A stretch of DNA of 64,000 bases from a bacterium (lineage in GTDB: Bacteria; Elusimicrobiota; Elusimicrobia; UBA1565; UBA9628): NCBI GenBank assembly GCA_021782205.1, contig JAJXVH010000010.1:75-64074 (forward strand), given 5' to 3'. The notes beneath the pieces are model-generated. The model worked only from the letters and a program-made list of their open reading frames with translations, was not told the origin of the DNA and ran no database searches. Positions 17,505-25,435 of the stretch are shown here, piece by piece; position 1 is the first letter of the stretch; each line of letters starts with the position of its first letter. The position numbers and the translations under genes were made by a program.

Positions 17505-18413
17505 ATGCAAAAACGGATGAGCCGGGAATTCGCCGCCGCGGCGCTTCTGTTGACGTTCGCGGCCGGTTGCGGAAAGAAAAGCGCGCCGTCTCGCGCCTTC
17601 GACCTGTCCATGCCGTCGAGTTCGCAACGGCCGGCTTCCGCCCCGCTTGCGCCCGAGGCGGCGGCGACGGGCGAGCAGTCGCCGGTCAAGCTGACGCTGA
17701 GGCTCTACCGCAAGAGCGTCAAACGGACGGGCTCCCTTTGGGTGCAGGTCGCGCTCGCCAACATCGGCGACCGCCATCTGGTCGTCACCGACGATTGCTT
17801 CTACGAGCCGACGGCGCTGGACGTTGTCAACCCAAAGACCGCCCGCGGCGTCTACGTCGAGATCGTCGATTCGTTAGGAAAGGTCATGACTGCGTCGCCA
17901 CCTTCCGTAGACGTCGAGCCGCGAATGATCACGTATGACCAGATGACGCCGGAACAGCGCAAGGGCGCCGATATCGTGACCGCCAAGGTGCGCGGTTGGC
18001 GCGCCCAGGGTGTGAGCGAAGATCAAATCCGGCTGAAGGTCCTCGACTTGAGCGAAGAGATGTCGATGCAACGTCGTGAGGCCGAAGCGGCGGCACGCAC
18101 CGTCGCGCTCCTGCCGGGGCAGTCGATCCAAACGGTCGCTTACGCGGACAAATTCGCCGAGAACCAGCATGCTCCTCTCGGCTCCTACACGGAGGTGGCC
18201 CTGCCGTATTATTTTGACCTTCATCCGGGCCGGTATCGCATCAGAGCGGTCTACGATCAAATCCCGCATCGTTGTCGCCGCGTGTCTGGAACGATCCTCT
18301 GTCCAAGCGATGATAGGGTATGGAACATCACCGATCAGAGGCTTCGCGATTATGAATCATACGTGGATGTCCGGGTCGAGACTTCCGATATCGACTTTGA
18401 GGTCGTTCCATGA
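17505..18413 (+). CDS. lipoprotein, function unknown
   Basis: Start at ATG 17505 (MQKRMSREF) with GGGGAG 5 nt upstream. Lipobox LTFAAGC. No recognisable family. ATGA overlap with the next gene. Visibly lower GC than its neighbours. Confidence 0.65.
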   Translation: MQKRMSREFAAAALLLTFAAGCGKKSAPSRAFDLSMPSSSQRPASAPLAPEAAATGEQSPVKLTLRLYRKSVKRTGSLWVQVALANIGDRHLVVTDDCFYEPTALDVVNPKTARGVYVEIVDSLGKVMTASPPSVDVEPRMITYDQMTPEQRKGADIVTAKVRGWRAQGVSEDQIRLKVLDLSEEMSMQRREAEAAARTVALLPGQSIQTVAYADKFAENQHAPLGSYTEVALPYYFDLHPGRYRIRAVYDQIPHRCRRVSGTILCPSDDRVWNITDQRLRDYESYVDVRVETSDIDFEVVP

Positions 18414-19846
18414 AAATGTTTGTGACAGCCTCCATGGCGCTGTTATGGGCATCACCGGCACTCGCACTCCATCCCGCATCTATCGACGATAGAGGAAAGA
18501 TCGCCGAACTGTTCGCAGCGGGAGATTCTCAGCAGGTCGAGGTCCAGGAACTTGCTAAAAGCATAAAAGATGAAAAGGAAATTCTGGCATACGATACCGC
18601 CAATAATGACGTCTCAGGAATTGCGAAGGACAATCAAATGTTGCGTGACTTTAACGAATACCTCATAGACGATACCCGCGAACGCGACCTGGACTACGAC
18701 AAGGCGATCCATCTCACCTTGACGGCCTACGGGATCGTCACGGCCGCTTCGGACGGCCTGCCGCAGATGCCCGTGAGCGAAGGCCGGATGCCGGGCGCAT
18801 ACGACGGTAAAGAAATCACGTGGCTGGCGACCGCGCGCGACCTGGGGGATCGTTATGGGACGGGCGGTCATGGCGAAACCACTTATTTCGGCGGTGTAAC
18901 ACCCGGGACTTTCGCCTTGACGGGCGTCGACGGGGTCACGACGGTCTTCCCGTCGGAATTCAATCGGCCTGAATTTGAGACGCCGGAATTCTTGGCGCTG
19001 ATCTTGGCGCATGAGTATGTCCATTACCGGCAGTTCACGACTGAAGATCAAGGCGCCGCGATGTCGTATGCGGAGCGCGAGGAGCAGGCCTGGGAGGCGA
19101 CGAAGGAGTACCTCTTGAAACTGGGGTTCAGCGACGAAGAGAGGGCGCTGCTGCTCAAGGAGCTGGTCGATCCGCAAATCCGGTCCTTCACGAATCAAGT
19201 CGAGAAGGAGCGGCTTTTGAAAAAATGGACGTTCGGATTGTGGACGCCGAGCCAGGGAAGGGCTGAGGCGCAGGCGCATGATTCCGACGACCTTTACAGG
19301 ATCGAGGAGCGCTTCGACGATATCAGCCAAGCCATGGCCCTGGAACTTAAGCGGGCTCGCGCGCAAGCCGATCAGGAGAAGGATGAGCGAACGGTCTCGC
19401 AGTATCGTGAATTCGCGATCAGATTCTGCGCGCTCGGAGGCAACGTCGCGCAGTCGGAACTGGACGCGCTTGCTATGCCTCGCAACGGCGGCGTCTTGAC
19501 TGGGGCCGATCCCTCCGGCCCAGGTGTCGAAACCGGGAGTTGCGCCTTCGACGTGTATAAAATTTTGGCTTCGGATATCGCGCAATCCCTGCCTTTGAAC
19601 GTAACGACTTTGAGCGACCAGGCGCTGCCGGCCCAGGCGCAAGCGGCACCGCCCGCGCCGGCTGAACCTCAGCCGGCGCCTGCGCCGGAACCTCAGCCCC
19701 AGCCAAATCCGCAGCCCGCACCCCAACCCGCGCCGCAGCCGCGGCCGTATCCGAGGCCTATGCCACGTCCGGCGCCGCCGCCGACGCCGCAGCCCGATCC
19801 GCCGGAGCATTGCGGCTTCGGTGACGGCTCGGCGTTTTGCGGCTGA
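18410..19846 (+). CDS. secreted HExxH (zincin-like) protein with a C-terminal proline-rich tail
   Basis: 478 aa with signal peptide (ALLWASPALALHP). LILAHEYVHYRQF (HExxH codons at 19010-19024), with acidic residues 17-20 aa later (AEREEQAWE). Tail is PAPAEPQPAPAPEPQPQPNPQPAPQPAPQPRPYPRPMPRPAPPPTPQPDPPEHCGFGDGSAFCG. Confidence 0.65.
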   Translation: MKMFVTASMALLWASPALALHPASIDDRGKIAELFAAGDSQQVEVQELAKSIKDEKEILAYDTANNDVSGIAKDNQMLRDFNEYLIDDTRERDLDYDKAIHLTLTAYGIVTAASDGLPQMPVSEGRMPGAYDGKEITWLATARDLGDRYGTGGHGETTYFGGVTPGTFALTGVDGVTTVFPSEFNRPEFETPEFLALILAHEYVHYRQFTTEDQGAAMSYAEREEQAWEATKEYLLKLGFSDEERALLLKELVDPQIRSFTNQVEKERLLKKWTFGLWTPSQGRAEAQAHDSDDLYRIEERFDDISQAMALELKRARAQADQEKDERTVSQYREFAIRFCALGGNVAQSELDALAMPRNGGVLTGADPSGPGVETGSCAFDVYKILASDIAQSLPLNVTTLSDQALPAQAQAAPPAPAEPQPAPAPEPQPQPNPQPAPQPAPQPRPYPRPMPRPAPPPTPQPDPPEHCGFGDGSAFCG

Positions 19847-19885
19847 TCGCGTAAGCATGGCGCTTGCCGTTGGCAATCAGGCATA

Positions 19886-21079
19886 ATGCGCGCAGCGATG
19901 GCTAAGACGAGCCGAGGCGTGCGCGCCTCACGCCGGGCCGCCTGGTTGCTTTGCGCCGCCGCGCTGTGCGCGTGCGGGCCGCGGGACCATTCCGTGATCA
20001 TCGCGGTGGCCGCGCCCTTGACGGGCGACACGGGCGCGGAAGGCCAAGGCATCAAGCGCGCCGTGATCATGGCCGTGGAGGAAGCCAACGCGTCTCATCG
20101 GTTCCCGTATAAGATCGAAGCCAAGCCCTTCGACGACCGCGCCGATCCGAAGGAGGCCGTCAACGTCGCCAACCTGATCATCTCCGACCCGCGCATCGTG
20201 GCGGTGGTGGGCCACTACACGTCGGGCTGCTCCATTCCCGCCGCGAAGGTGTACGCGCGCGCGCCCATCGCGATGATCTCCCCGGGCGCCACCACTCCGG
20301 AGGTCACGCTCCAGCAGTTGTCGCCGGACTGGATCGGGCCGCGGGTGGTGTTCCGTGACGTGGCCACCGACGACGTGCAGGGTGCCGCCGCCGCGCAGTT
20401 CGCCTACAACCGCCTGGGCAAAAGACGCATGGCGCTGGTCCACGACAAGACGCCCTACGGCCAGGGCATCGCCGAGCAGTTTCAAAAGACGTTCGAGGCG
20501 CTGGGCGGCAAGGTCGTCAGCTTCGACGGTATCTCCGTGGGCGACCGGGACTTCAAGGCCCTGCTCACCAAGATCAAGGATTCGTCGGACCGGCCGCAGG
20601 GGATCTACTTCGGCGGCCTCTACACCGAGGCGGGCCTGATCCTCGTGCAGATGCGCGAGCTGGGCCTCAAGGCTCCATTTGTATTCATGTCCGACGACGG
20701 CGCGCAGTCGCCGGTGCTCTACGAGGTGGCGGGAGACGCCGCCGACGGCGCCTACCTGACGACCATCGGCGTGCCGGTGGAGGAACTGCCCAGCGCCCAG
20801 GACTTCATCCGCCGCTATAAAAAGCGCTGGACCGGCGCGTCCCAGGACATCAAGCCTTTCGACCACTTCGGCTACGAGGCCGCGCAGATCGTGCTGGACG
20901 CGCTCGCGCAGGCGGGCGTGCCGCCCGACCGCGAGAAAGTCCTGGCCGCCCTGCCCGGCGTGCGCCACAAAGGCATCCTCGGCGAGACCGTCTTCGACGA
21001 CAAGGGCGACACCCAGAACAAGATCGTGACCATGACGCGCGCGCGCGCCAAGGACCGGGCGTTCCCCTCGGTGCGCTGA
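19886..21079 (+). CDS. livJ: branched-chain amino acid ABC transporter substrate-binding protein
   Basis: 397 aa Peripla_BP_6-like (IIAVAAPLTGDTGAEGQG, VVGHYTSG). Lipoprotein-like N-terminus (LCAAALCAC). The true start may be ATG 19898. Confidence 0.85.
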   Translation: MRAAMAKTSRGVRASRRAAWLLCAAALCACGPRDHSVIIAVAAPLTGDTGAEGQGIKRAVIMAVEEANASHRFPYKIEAKPFDDRADPKEAVNVANLIISDPRIVAVVGHYTSGCSIPAAKVYARAPIAMISPGATTPEVTLQQLSPDWIGPRVVFRDVATDDVQGAAAAQFAYNRLGKRRMALVHDKTPYGQGIAEQFQKTFEALGGKVVSFDGISVGDRDFKALLTKIKDSSDRPQGIYFGGLYTEAGLILVQMRELGLKAPFVFMSDDGAQSPVLYEVAGDAADGAYLTTIGVPVEELPSAQDFIRRYKKRWTGASQDIKPFDHFGYEAAQIVLDALAQAGVPPDREKVLAALPGVRHKGILGETVFDDKGDTQNKIVTMTRARAKDRAFPSVR

Positions 21080-21080
21080 G

Positions 21081-21983
21081 ATGCTGACCCAGCAGATCGT
21101 CAACGGCCTGGCTCTCGGCGCCATCTACGCGCTGATCGCGCTCGGCTACACCTTGGTCTACGGGATACTCGCGATGATCAACTTCGCGCATTCGGAGGTG
21201 CTCATGCTGGGCTCCTTCGCGGCGCTCGGTTTGGCCGCGTTCGCCCCGGCCGCGTTCGGCACGGGCCCCTTGGCGCTGGCGGGCCTGTTCGCGGCCGGCA
21301 TGCTGGCCGCGGGCGCGCTCAACGCGTTCATCGAGCGCTTCGCCTACCGTCCCTTGCGCGCCGTCTCGCGCCTGGCCCCGCTGATCTCGGCTATCGGGGT
21401 CTCGATCATACTGCAGAACGCCGTGTTCCTGTGGGTCAGCGACCAGTCGGTGGCGTTTCCCCAGCCCATCGCCATCCGCCAGATCCCGTTGTTCGGCGGC
21501 GCGCAGATCAGTTCTTTGCAGGCGGTGACCTTGGCCGCCGCGCTGATCCTGATGGCGCTGCTGCACTTCGTCGTGGAGAAAACTCGCATCGGCAAGGCCA
21601 TGCGCGCGTGCGCCGATGATCTGGAGGCGGCGGGCTTGATGGGCGTCGACGCGGACGTGGTCATCGCGGCCACGTTCTTCATCGGCGGCGCGCTGGGCGG
21701 GGCGGCGGGCGTGCTCTACTCCATGAGCTACGGCTCGACCAAATACAACCTGGGCTTCCTGCCCGGCGCCAAGGCGTTTACCGCCGCCGTGCTGGGCGGC
21801 ATCGGCAACGTGCGCGGCGCGGTGCTGGGCGGCTTCATCCTGGGTTTTCTTGAAGTGCTGGCCGCCGGCTACATCCCCAACGGCGCGCAGTGGCGCGACG
21901 TGATCGCGTTCTCCGTGCTGATCTTGGTCCTGCTGGTGCGCCCGTCGGGACTGCTGGGCGAGAAGCTGGCGGAGAAAGTATGA
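21081..21983 (+). CDS. livH: branched-chain amino acid ABC transporter permease
   Basis: 300 aa, QQIVNGLALGAIYALIALGYTLVYG is typical of LivH. Confidence 0.9.
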   Translation: MLTQQIVNGLALGAIYALIALGYTLVYGILAMINFAHSEVLMLGSFAALGLAAFAPAAFGTGPLALAGLFAAGMLAAGALNAFIERFAYRPLRAVSRLAPLISAIGVSIILQNAVFLWVSDQSVAFPQPIAIRQIPLFGGAQISSLQAVTLAAALILMALLHFVVEKTRIGKAMRACADDLEAAGLMGVDADVVIAATFFIGGALGGAAGVLYSMSYGSTKYNLGFLPGAKAFTAAVLGGIGNVRGAVLGGFILGFLEVLAAGYIPNGAQWRDVIAFSVLILVLLVRPSGLLGEKLAEKV

Positions 21984-22969
21984 AGGGCCTGCTGCATTCG
22001 CGCCGCACGCAGTGGGTCCTGCTGGCGGCGGCGCTGAGCCTTCCGTTTCTGGCGCGCGCGCTGGAGTTCTCATTCTTGACTCGCGTCGGCGGCGTCGTCG
22101 GCCTGCTGATGCTCTTGTCCCTGGGCCTCAACGTCACTTTGGGCTACGTGGGCCTCTTCGACCTGGGCTTCATCGCGTTCTACGCCGTCGGCGCCTACGC
22201 CACGGCCATCCTCATGCGCGCGCACGTGGCCGCACCTCTGGCCGTCCTGCTGGCCGTCGCGCTGACCGTCTTGATCCGTTTCCTCCTGGGGTTGACGATT
22301 TTACGCCTGCGCGGCGACTATCTGGCGGTCGTGACCATGGGCTTCGGGGAGATCGCGCGCCTGACCTTCAACAACCTCGACGCGCTGACCAACGGTCCCA
22401 AGGGACTGCAGGTGCGGCCGTGGCGGCCGCTGGCGTTTTTGGGCGCGTGGAAGCCGCTGGAGTTCGTGCGCAAGGAGTCCAACGTCCAGTTCTACTTCTT
22501 GATCGTCGCGGCGGTGTTTTTGGCCGCCGAGGCCTCGCGGAGGCTTGAGGACTCCCGCGTGGGCCGCGCCTGGGTGGCCATCCGCGAGGACGAGGTCGCC
22601 GCGCGCCTATCCGGCATCCCCGTGCGCGAGTACAAGCTGCTGGCCTTCACTCTCTCCGCCGTCTTCGCGGGCCTGGCGGGCGCGCTGTTCGCGCTGTGGG
22701 ACCAGTTCGTCACGCCGGAGTCGTTTATTTTTTGGGAATCGATCCTGCTGGTGGCCATCGTGGTGCTGGGGGGGATGGGCTCGATTGCCGGGGTGCTGCT
22801 GGGCGCGCTCATTCTGGGCGGCATCCCGCTCTTGATGGAAGCCACGCTGTCGCCGCAGTGGATCGACTATCGCTATCTCTTCTTCGGGGTCATCCTGGTG
22901 CTGATGACCTTGTTCCGGCCGCAGGGGCTCCTGCCCTCGGCGCGGCGCGAGGCGGAGCTGTCCTCATGA
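21980..22969 (+). CDS. livM: branched-chain amino acid ABC transporter permease
   Basis: Start moved to MKGLLHS (ATG 21980, ATGA overlap with livH). GYVGLFDLGFIAFYAVGAY is typical of LivM. Confidence 0.9.
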   Translation: MKGLLHSRRTQWVLLAAALSLPFLARALEFSFLTRVGGVVGLLMLLSLGLNVTLGYVGLFDLGFIAFYAVGAYATAILMRAHVAAPLAVLLAVALTVLIRFLLGLTILRLRGDYLAVVTMGFGEIARLTFNNLDALTNGPKGLQVRPWRPLAFLGAWKPLEFVRKESNVQFYFLIVAAVFLAAEASRRLEDSRVGRAWVAIREDEVAARLSGIPVREYKLLAFTLSAVFAGLAGALFALWDQFVTPESFIFWESILLVAIVVLGGMGSIAGVLLGALILGGIPLLMEATLSPQWIDYRYLFFGVILVLMTLFRPQGLLPSARREAELSS

Positions 22970-23742
22970 GCGGCGCGCGCGCCTTGCTGGAAGTCCGCGA
23001 CCTGGCCCAGCACTTCGGCGGCCTGAAGGCCGTCGACCAGGTCACGCTCTCCATCCGCGCCGGCGAGATCGCCGCCCTCATCGGCCCCAACGGCGCGGGC
23101 AAGACCACGTTCTTCAACGTGCTGACCGGCGTCTATCCCGGCACGCGCGGCGAGATCTTCTTCGACGGCAGTCCTATCCGCGGGCGCCCCGCGCACGAGA
23201 TCGTCGCGCGCGGCATCGCGCGCACGTTCCAGAACATCCGGCTCTTCTCCGACATGAGCGCGCTCGAAAACGTCATGGTCGGACGCCACGCGCGCTCATC
23301 GGAGTTCCTGCTCGGCCCGCTTCTGCGCACCGCCGCCTTCCGCCGCGAGGAGGCGGACATCGAGGCGCGCGCCAAGGAGCTGCTGGCCTTCGTGGGCCTG
23401 AAGGCTCTCGGCAACGAGCGCGCGCGCAACCTAGCCTACGGCGCCCAGCGCCGCCTGGAGGTGGCCCGCGCGCTGGCCAGCGAACCCAAGCTCCTCATCC
23501 TCGACGAGCCGACCGCCGGCATGAACCCGACGGAGAGCGCCGACCTGGTGGCCCTCGTGCGCCGCGTGCGCGAGCGCGGCGTGACCGTCCTGCTCATCGA
23601 GCACCAGATGCGCGTGGTCATGGACGTCTCCGACCGCGTGTTCGTCTTCGACTACGGCGTCAAGATCGCCGAGGGCGCGCCGCGCGAGGTCACGGCCAAC
23701 CCGCGCGTCATCGAGGCCTACCTGGGCCAGGAGGCCGCGTGA
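22966..23742 (+). CDS. livG: branched-chain amino acid ABC transporter ATP-binding protein
   Basis: Start moved to MSGARALLEV (ATG 22966, overlaps the livM stop). Walker A GPNGAGKTT, signature motif and LILDEP. Confidence 0.9.
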   Translation: MSGARALLEVRDLAQHFGGLKAVDQVTLSIRAGEIAALIGPNGAGKTTFFNVLTGVYPGTRGEIFFDGSPIRGRPAHEIVARGIARTFQNIRLFSDMSALENVMVGRHARSSEFLLGPLLRTAAFRREEADIEARAKELLAFVGLKALGNERARNLAYGAQRRLEVARALASEPKLLILDEPTAGMNPTESADLVALVRRVRERGVTVLLIEHQMRVVMDVSDRVFVFDYGVKIAEGAPREVTANPRVIEAYLGQEAA

Positions 23743-24461
23743 GCGGGGGCGCGATGCTTTCGCTGGACGGCGTCCACGCCGTCTACGGCCGCAAGATCCG
23801 CGCCCTGCGCGGCGTGAGCCTGGAGGTGCGCGCCGGGGAAGTGGTCGCGCTGATCGGCAACAACGGCGCGGGCAAGACCACCCTGATGAAGACGATCGCG
23901 GGCCTCCTGGCCCCGGAAAAGGGGCGCGTGACCTTTCAGGGCCGCGCGTTGTCCGGCCTGCCGCCGCACGAGGTCATGCGCATGGGCCTGTCCCTGGTGC
24001 CGGAGGGACGGCGCATTTTCCCGCGCCTGACCGTGATGGAAAACCTGGAGATGGGCGCGTATTCCCGCGCGCACGGCGCGGAGTTGGCGCGCGAATACGA
24101 GCATGTCTTCACTCTTTTTCCCGTGCTGGGCCGGCGGCGCGCCCAGCTGGGCGGCACTCTGTCCGGCGGTGAACAGCAGATGCTGGCCATGGGCCGCGCG
24201 TTGATGGCCGCGCCCAAGCTGCTGATGCTCGACGAGCCGTCGATGGGCCTGGCCCCCGTCGTCGTCGACAAGATCTTCGAGATCATCGCCCGCATCAACC
24301 AGGAGGGCGTGACCGTCCTGCTGGTGGAGCAGAACGCGCGCCGCGCGCTGAAGGCCGCCGCGCGCGCCTACGTCCTGGAGACCGGCGAGATCGTCTCCGC
24401 CGGCGACTCCGCGTCCCTGCTCCGGGACCCGGCCGTGCAAAAAGCCTACCTGGGACTGTAA
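23739..24461 (+). CDS. livF: branched-chain amino acid ABC transporter ATP-binding protein
   Basis: 240 aa with GNNGAGKTT, LSGGEQQML and LMLDEPS. GTG 23739 overlaps the livG stop; the alternative is ATG 23751. Confidence 0.9.
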   Translation: MSGGAMLSLDGVHAVYGRKIRALRGVSLEVRAGEVVALIGNNGAGKTTLMKTIAGLLAPEKGRVTFQGRALSGLPPHEVMRMGLSLVPEGRRIFPRLTVMENLEMGAYSRAHGAELAREYEHVFTLFPVLGRRRAQLGGTLSGGEQQMLAMGRALMAAPKLLMLDEPSMGLAPVVVDKIFEIIARINQEGVTVLLVEQNARRALKAAARAYVLETGEIVSAGDSASLLRDPAVQKAYLGL

Positions 24462-24495
24462 GCCTCGTGCGCGCCCGGGCCCCTGCTATTTTTTT

Positions 24496-24562
24496 AAATG
24501 TCCAATGTTATTATGTAAATAACATAAATACACTGGACACATTTAAGGTGGCGACGTATAAT
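24496..24562 (+). promoter_or_regulatory. promoter (TGGACA-17-TATAAT) with an overlapping nested palindrome; candidate operator of the CarH/LitR-like regulator
   Basis: The only A/T-rich island in this region. -35 TGGACA at 24534-24539, 17-nt spacer, TATAAT at 24557-24562, GTG 6 nt later. Inner inverted repeat ATGTTATT(24505-12)/AATAACAT(24518-25). Outer repeat AAATGTCCA(24496-504)/TGGACAcATTT(24534-44), which overlaps the -35. Confidence 0.55.
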
Positions 24563-24568
24563 TCACGT

Positions 24569-25435
24569 GTGCTTCATGATTTGAAGGAAGTGTCGGGTTA
24601 CCTGGGCGTGCCCGCCGACACGCTGCGCAAATGGGAGTCGCGCCACGCGGTGGTGGCGCCGCGCCGCAGGCGCAACGGCTACCGCTCTTATGACGACGCG
24701 GACCTGGAGCGTCTGCGCCGTTTCGCCGCGCTGCGCCGGCAAGGCCTGAGCGCGGGTGCCGCGGCCCGCTCGGCACGGCGCGCATCGCTTCGCGCGGACC
24801 CTTGGATCGGCCGCATTAAAAATGAGACCGTCGCGGCGATCGGCGCGTTGGACCGGCGTCGCCTGGGACGGGTCTTCGACGCCAGTCTGCGCCGCCAGGG
24901 CTTGGAGCGCGCCGTCTCCCAGGTTTGGCTTCCGACGCTGGCGGTGGTCGGCGCGCGCGCCCACGCGCGCGGCGGCTTCTGGATCGCCGCCGAGCATTTC
25001 GCCTCCGCTTTTCTGCGCGAGCGCCTGCTCGGCGCGGCCCAAGAGGCGCGCGCCGACGGCCCGCCGGCGCTGGTGCTGGCCGCACCCGCCGGCGACCGGC
25101 ATGAGTTGGGCATGTTGGCCGCGCTGTGTCGATTGGAATCTCTCGGCGTGGGCTGCCTGTATCTGGGCGCCGACCTGCCGCAGGAGAGCCTGACGGCGGC
25201 GTTGGCGCGCGTGAAGGCGCGGGGCCTAGCGCTGACGTTGACGGCGGACTTGGCGCGCCGCGAGCTGCGCGCCGTTCTTGCCGATCTGCGGCGGCGCTTC
25301 CCGCGCCTGCGCTTATATGTGTGCGGTCAGGCCAGCCCGCGACATGCGAATCTGATCCGGGACATGGGCGCGGCCTTTTTGGGCACGGATCTTCCCGGCG
25401 GCACGGCGCGCATCGCCGCGGAGCTGGCACCATGA
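24569..25435 (+). CDS. MerR-family transcriptional regulator with a C-terminal cobalamin-binding domain (CarH/LitR-like)
   Basis: N-terminal MerR HTH (LKEVSGYLGVPADTLRKWESRH...YRSYDDADLERL). C-terminal B12-binding domain with DxHxxG (GDRHELG) in LVLAAPAGDRHELGMLAAL. Start is GTG 24569 if the TATAAT is real; the alternative GTG 24548 or the track start 24467 would place the promoter inside the ORF. Confidence 0.8.
   Translation: MLHDLKEVSGYLGVPADTLRKWESRHAVVAPRRRRNGYRSYDDADLERLRRFAALRRQGLSAGAAARSARRASLRADPWIGRIKNETVAAIGALDRRRLGRVFDASLRRQGLERAVSQVWLPTLAVVGARAHARGGFWIAAEHFASAFLRERLLGAAQEARADGPPALVLAAPAGDRHELGMLAALCRLESLGVGCLYLGADLPQESLTAALARVKARGLALTLTADLARRELRAVLADLRRRFPRLRLYVCGQASPRHANLIRDMGAAFLGTDLPGGTARIAAELAP

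Noticed and set aside
19630-19800. Possible tandem repeat or CRISPR-like periodicity (ccgcagccc/ccgcgcc units); the same question arises at 31740-31870
   Set aside because: The periodicity is 3-6 nt and in frame. It encodes PxP/PQP or PAP linkers inside ORFs. There are no 25-40 nt repeats with unique spacers. No CRISPR array exists in the window.
19864-19900. Leaderless-type promoter for livJ (CATAAT at 19882-19887)
   Set aside because: The hexamer overlaps ATG 19886 and is 10 nt from ATG 19898. No -35 lies at a workable spacing. It does not fit the 5-8 nt pattern seen elsewhere.
24462-24495. Rho-independent terminator after livF
   Set aside because: A T7 run is present (24489-24495), but the preceding GC-rich segment (gcgcgcccgggcccctgc) offers only a GCCC/GGGC pairing with no loop. 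It is not convincing enough to annotate.
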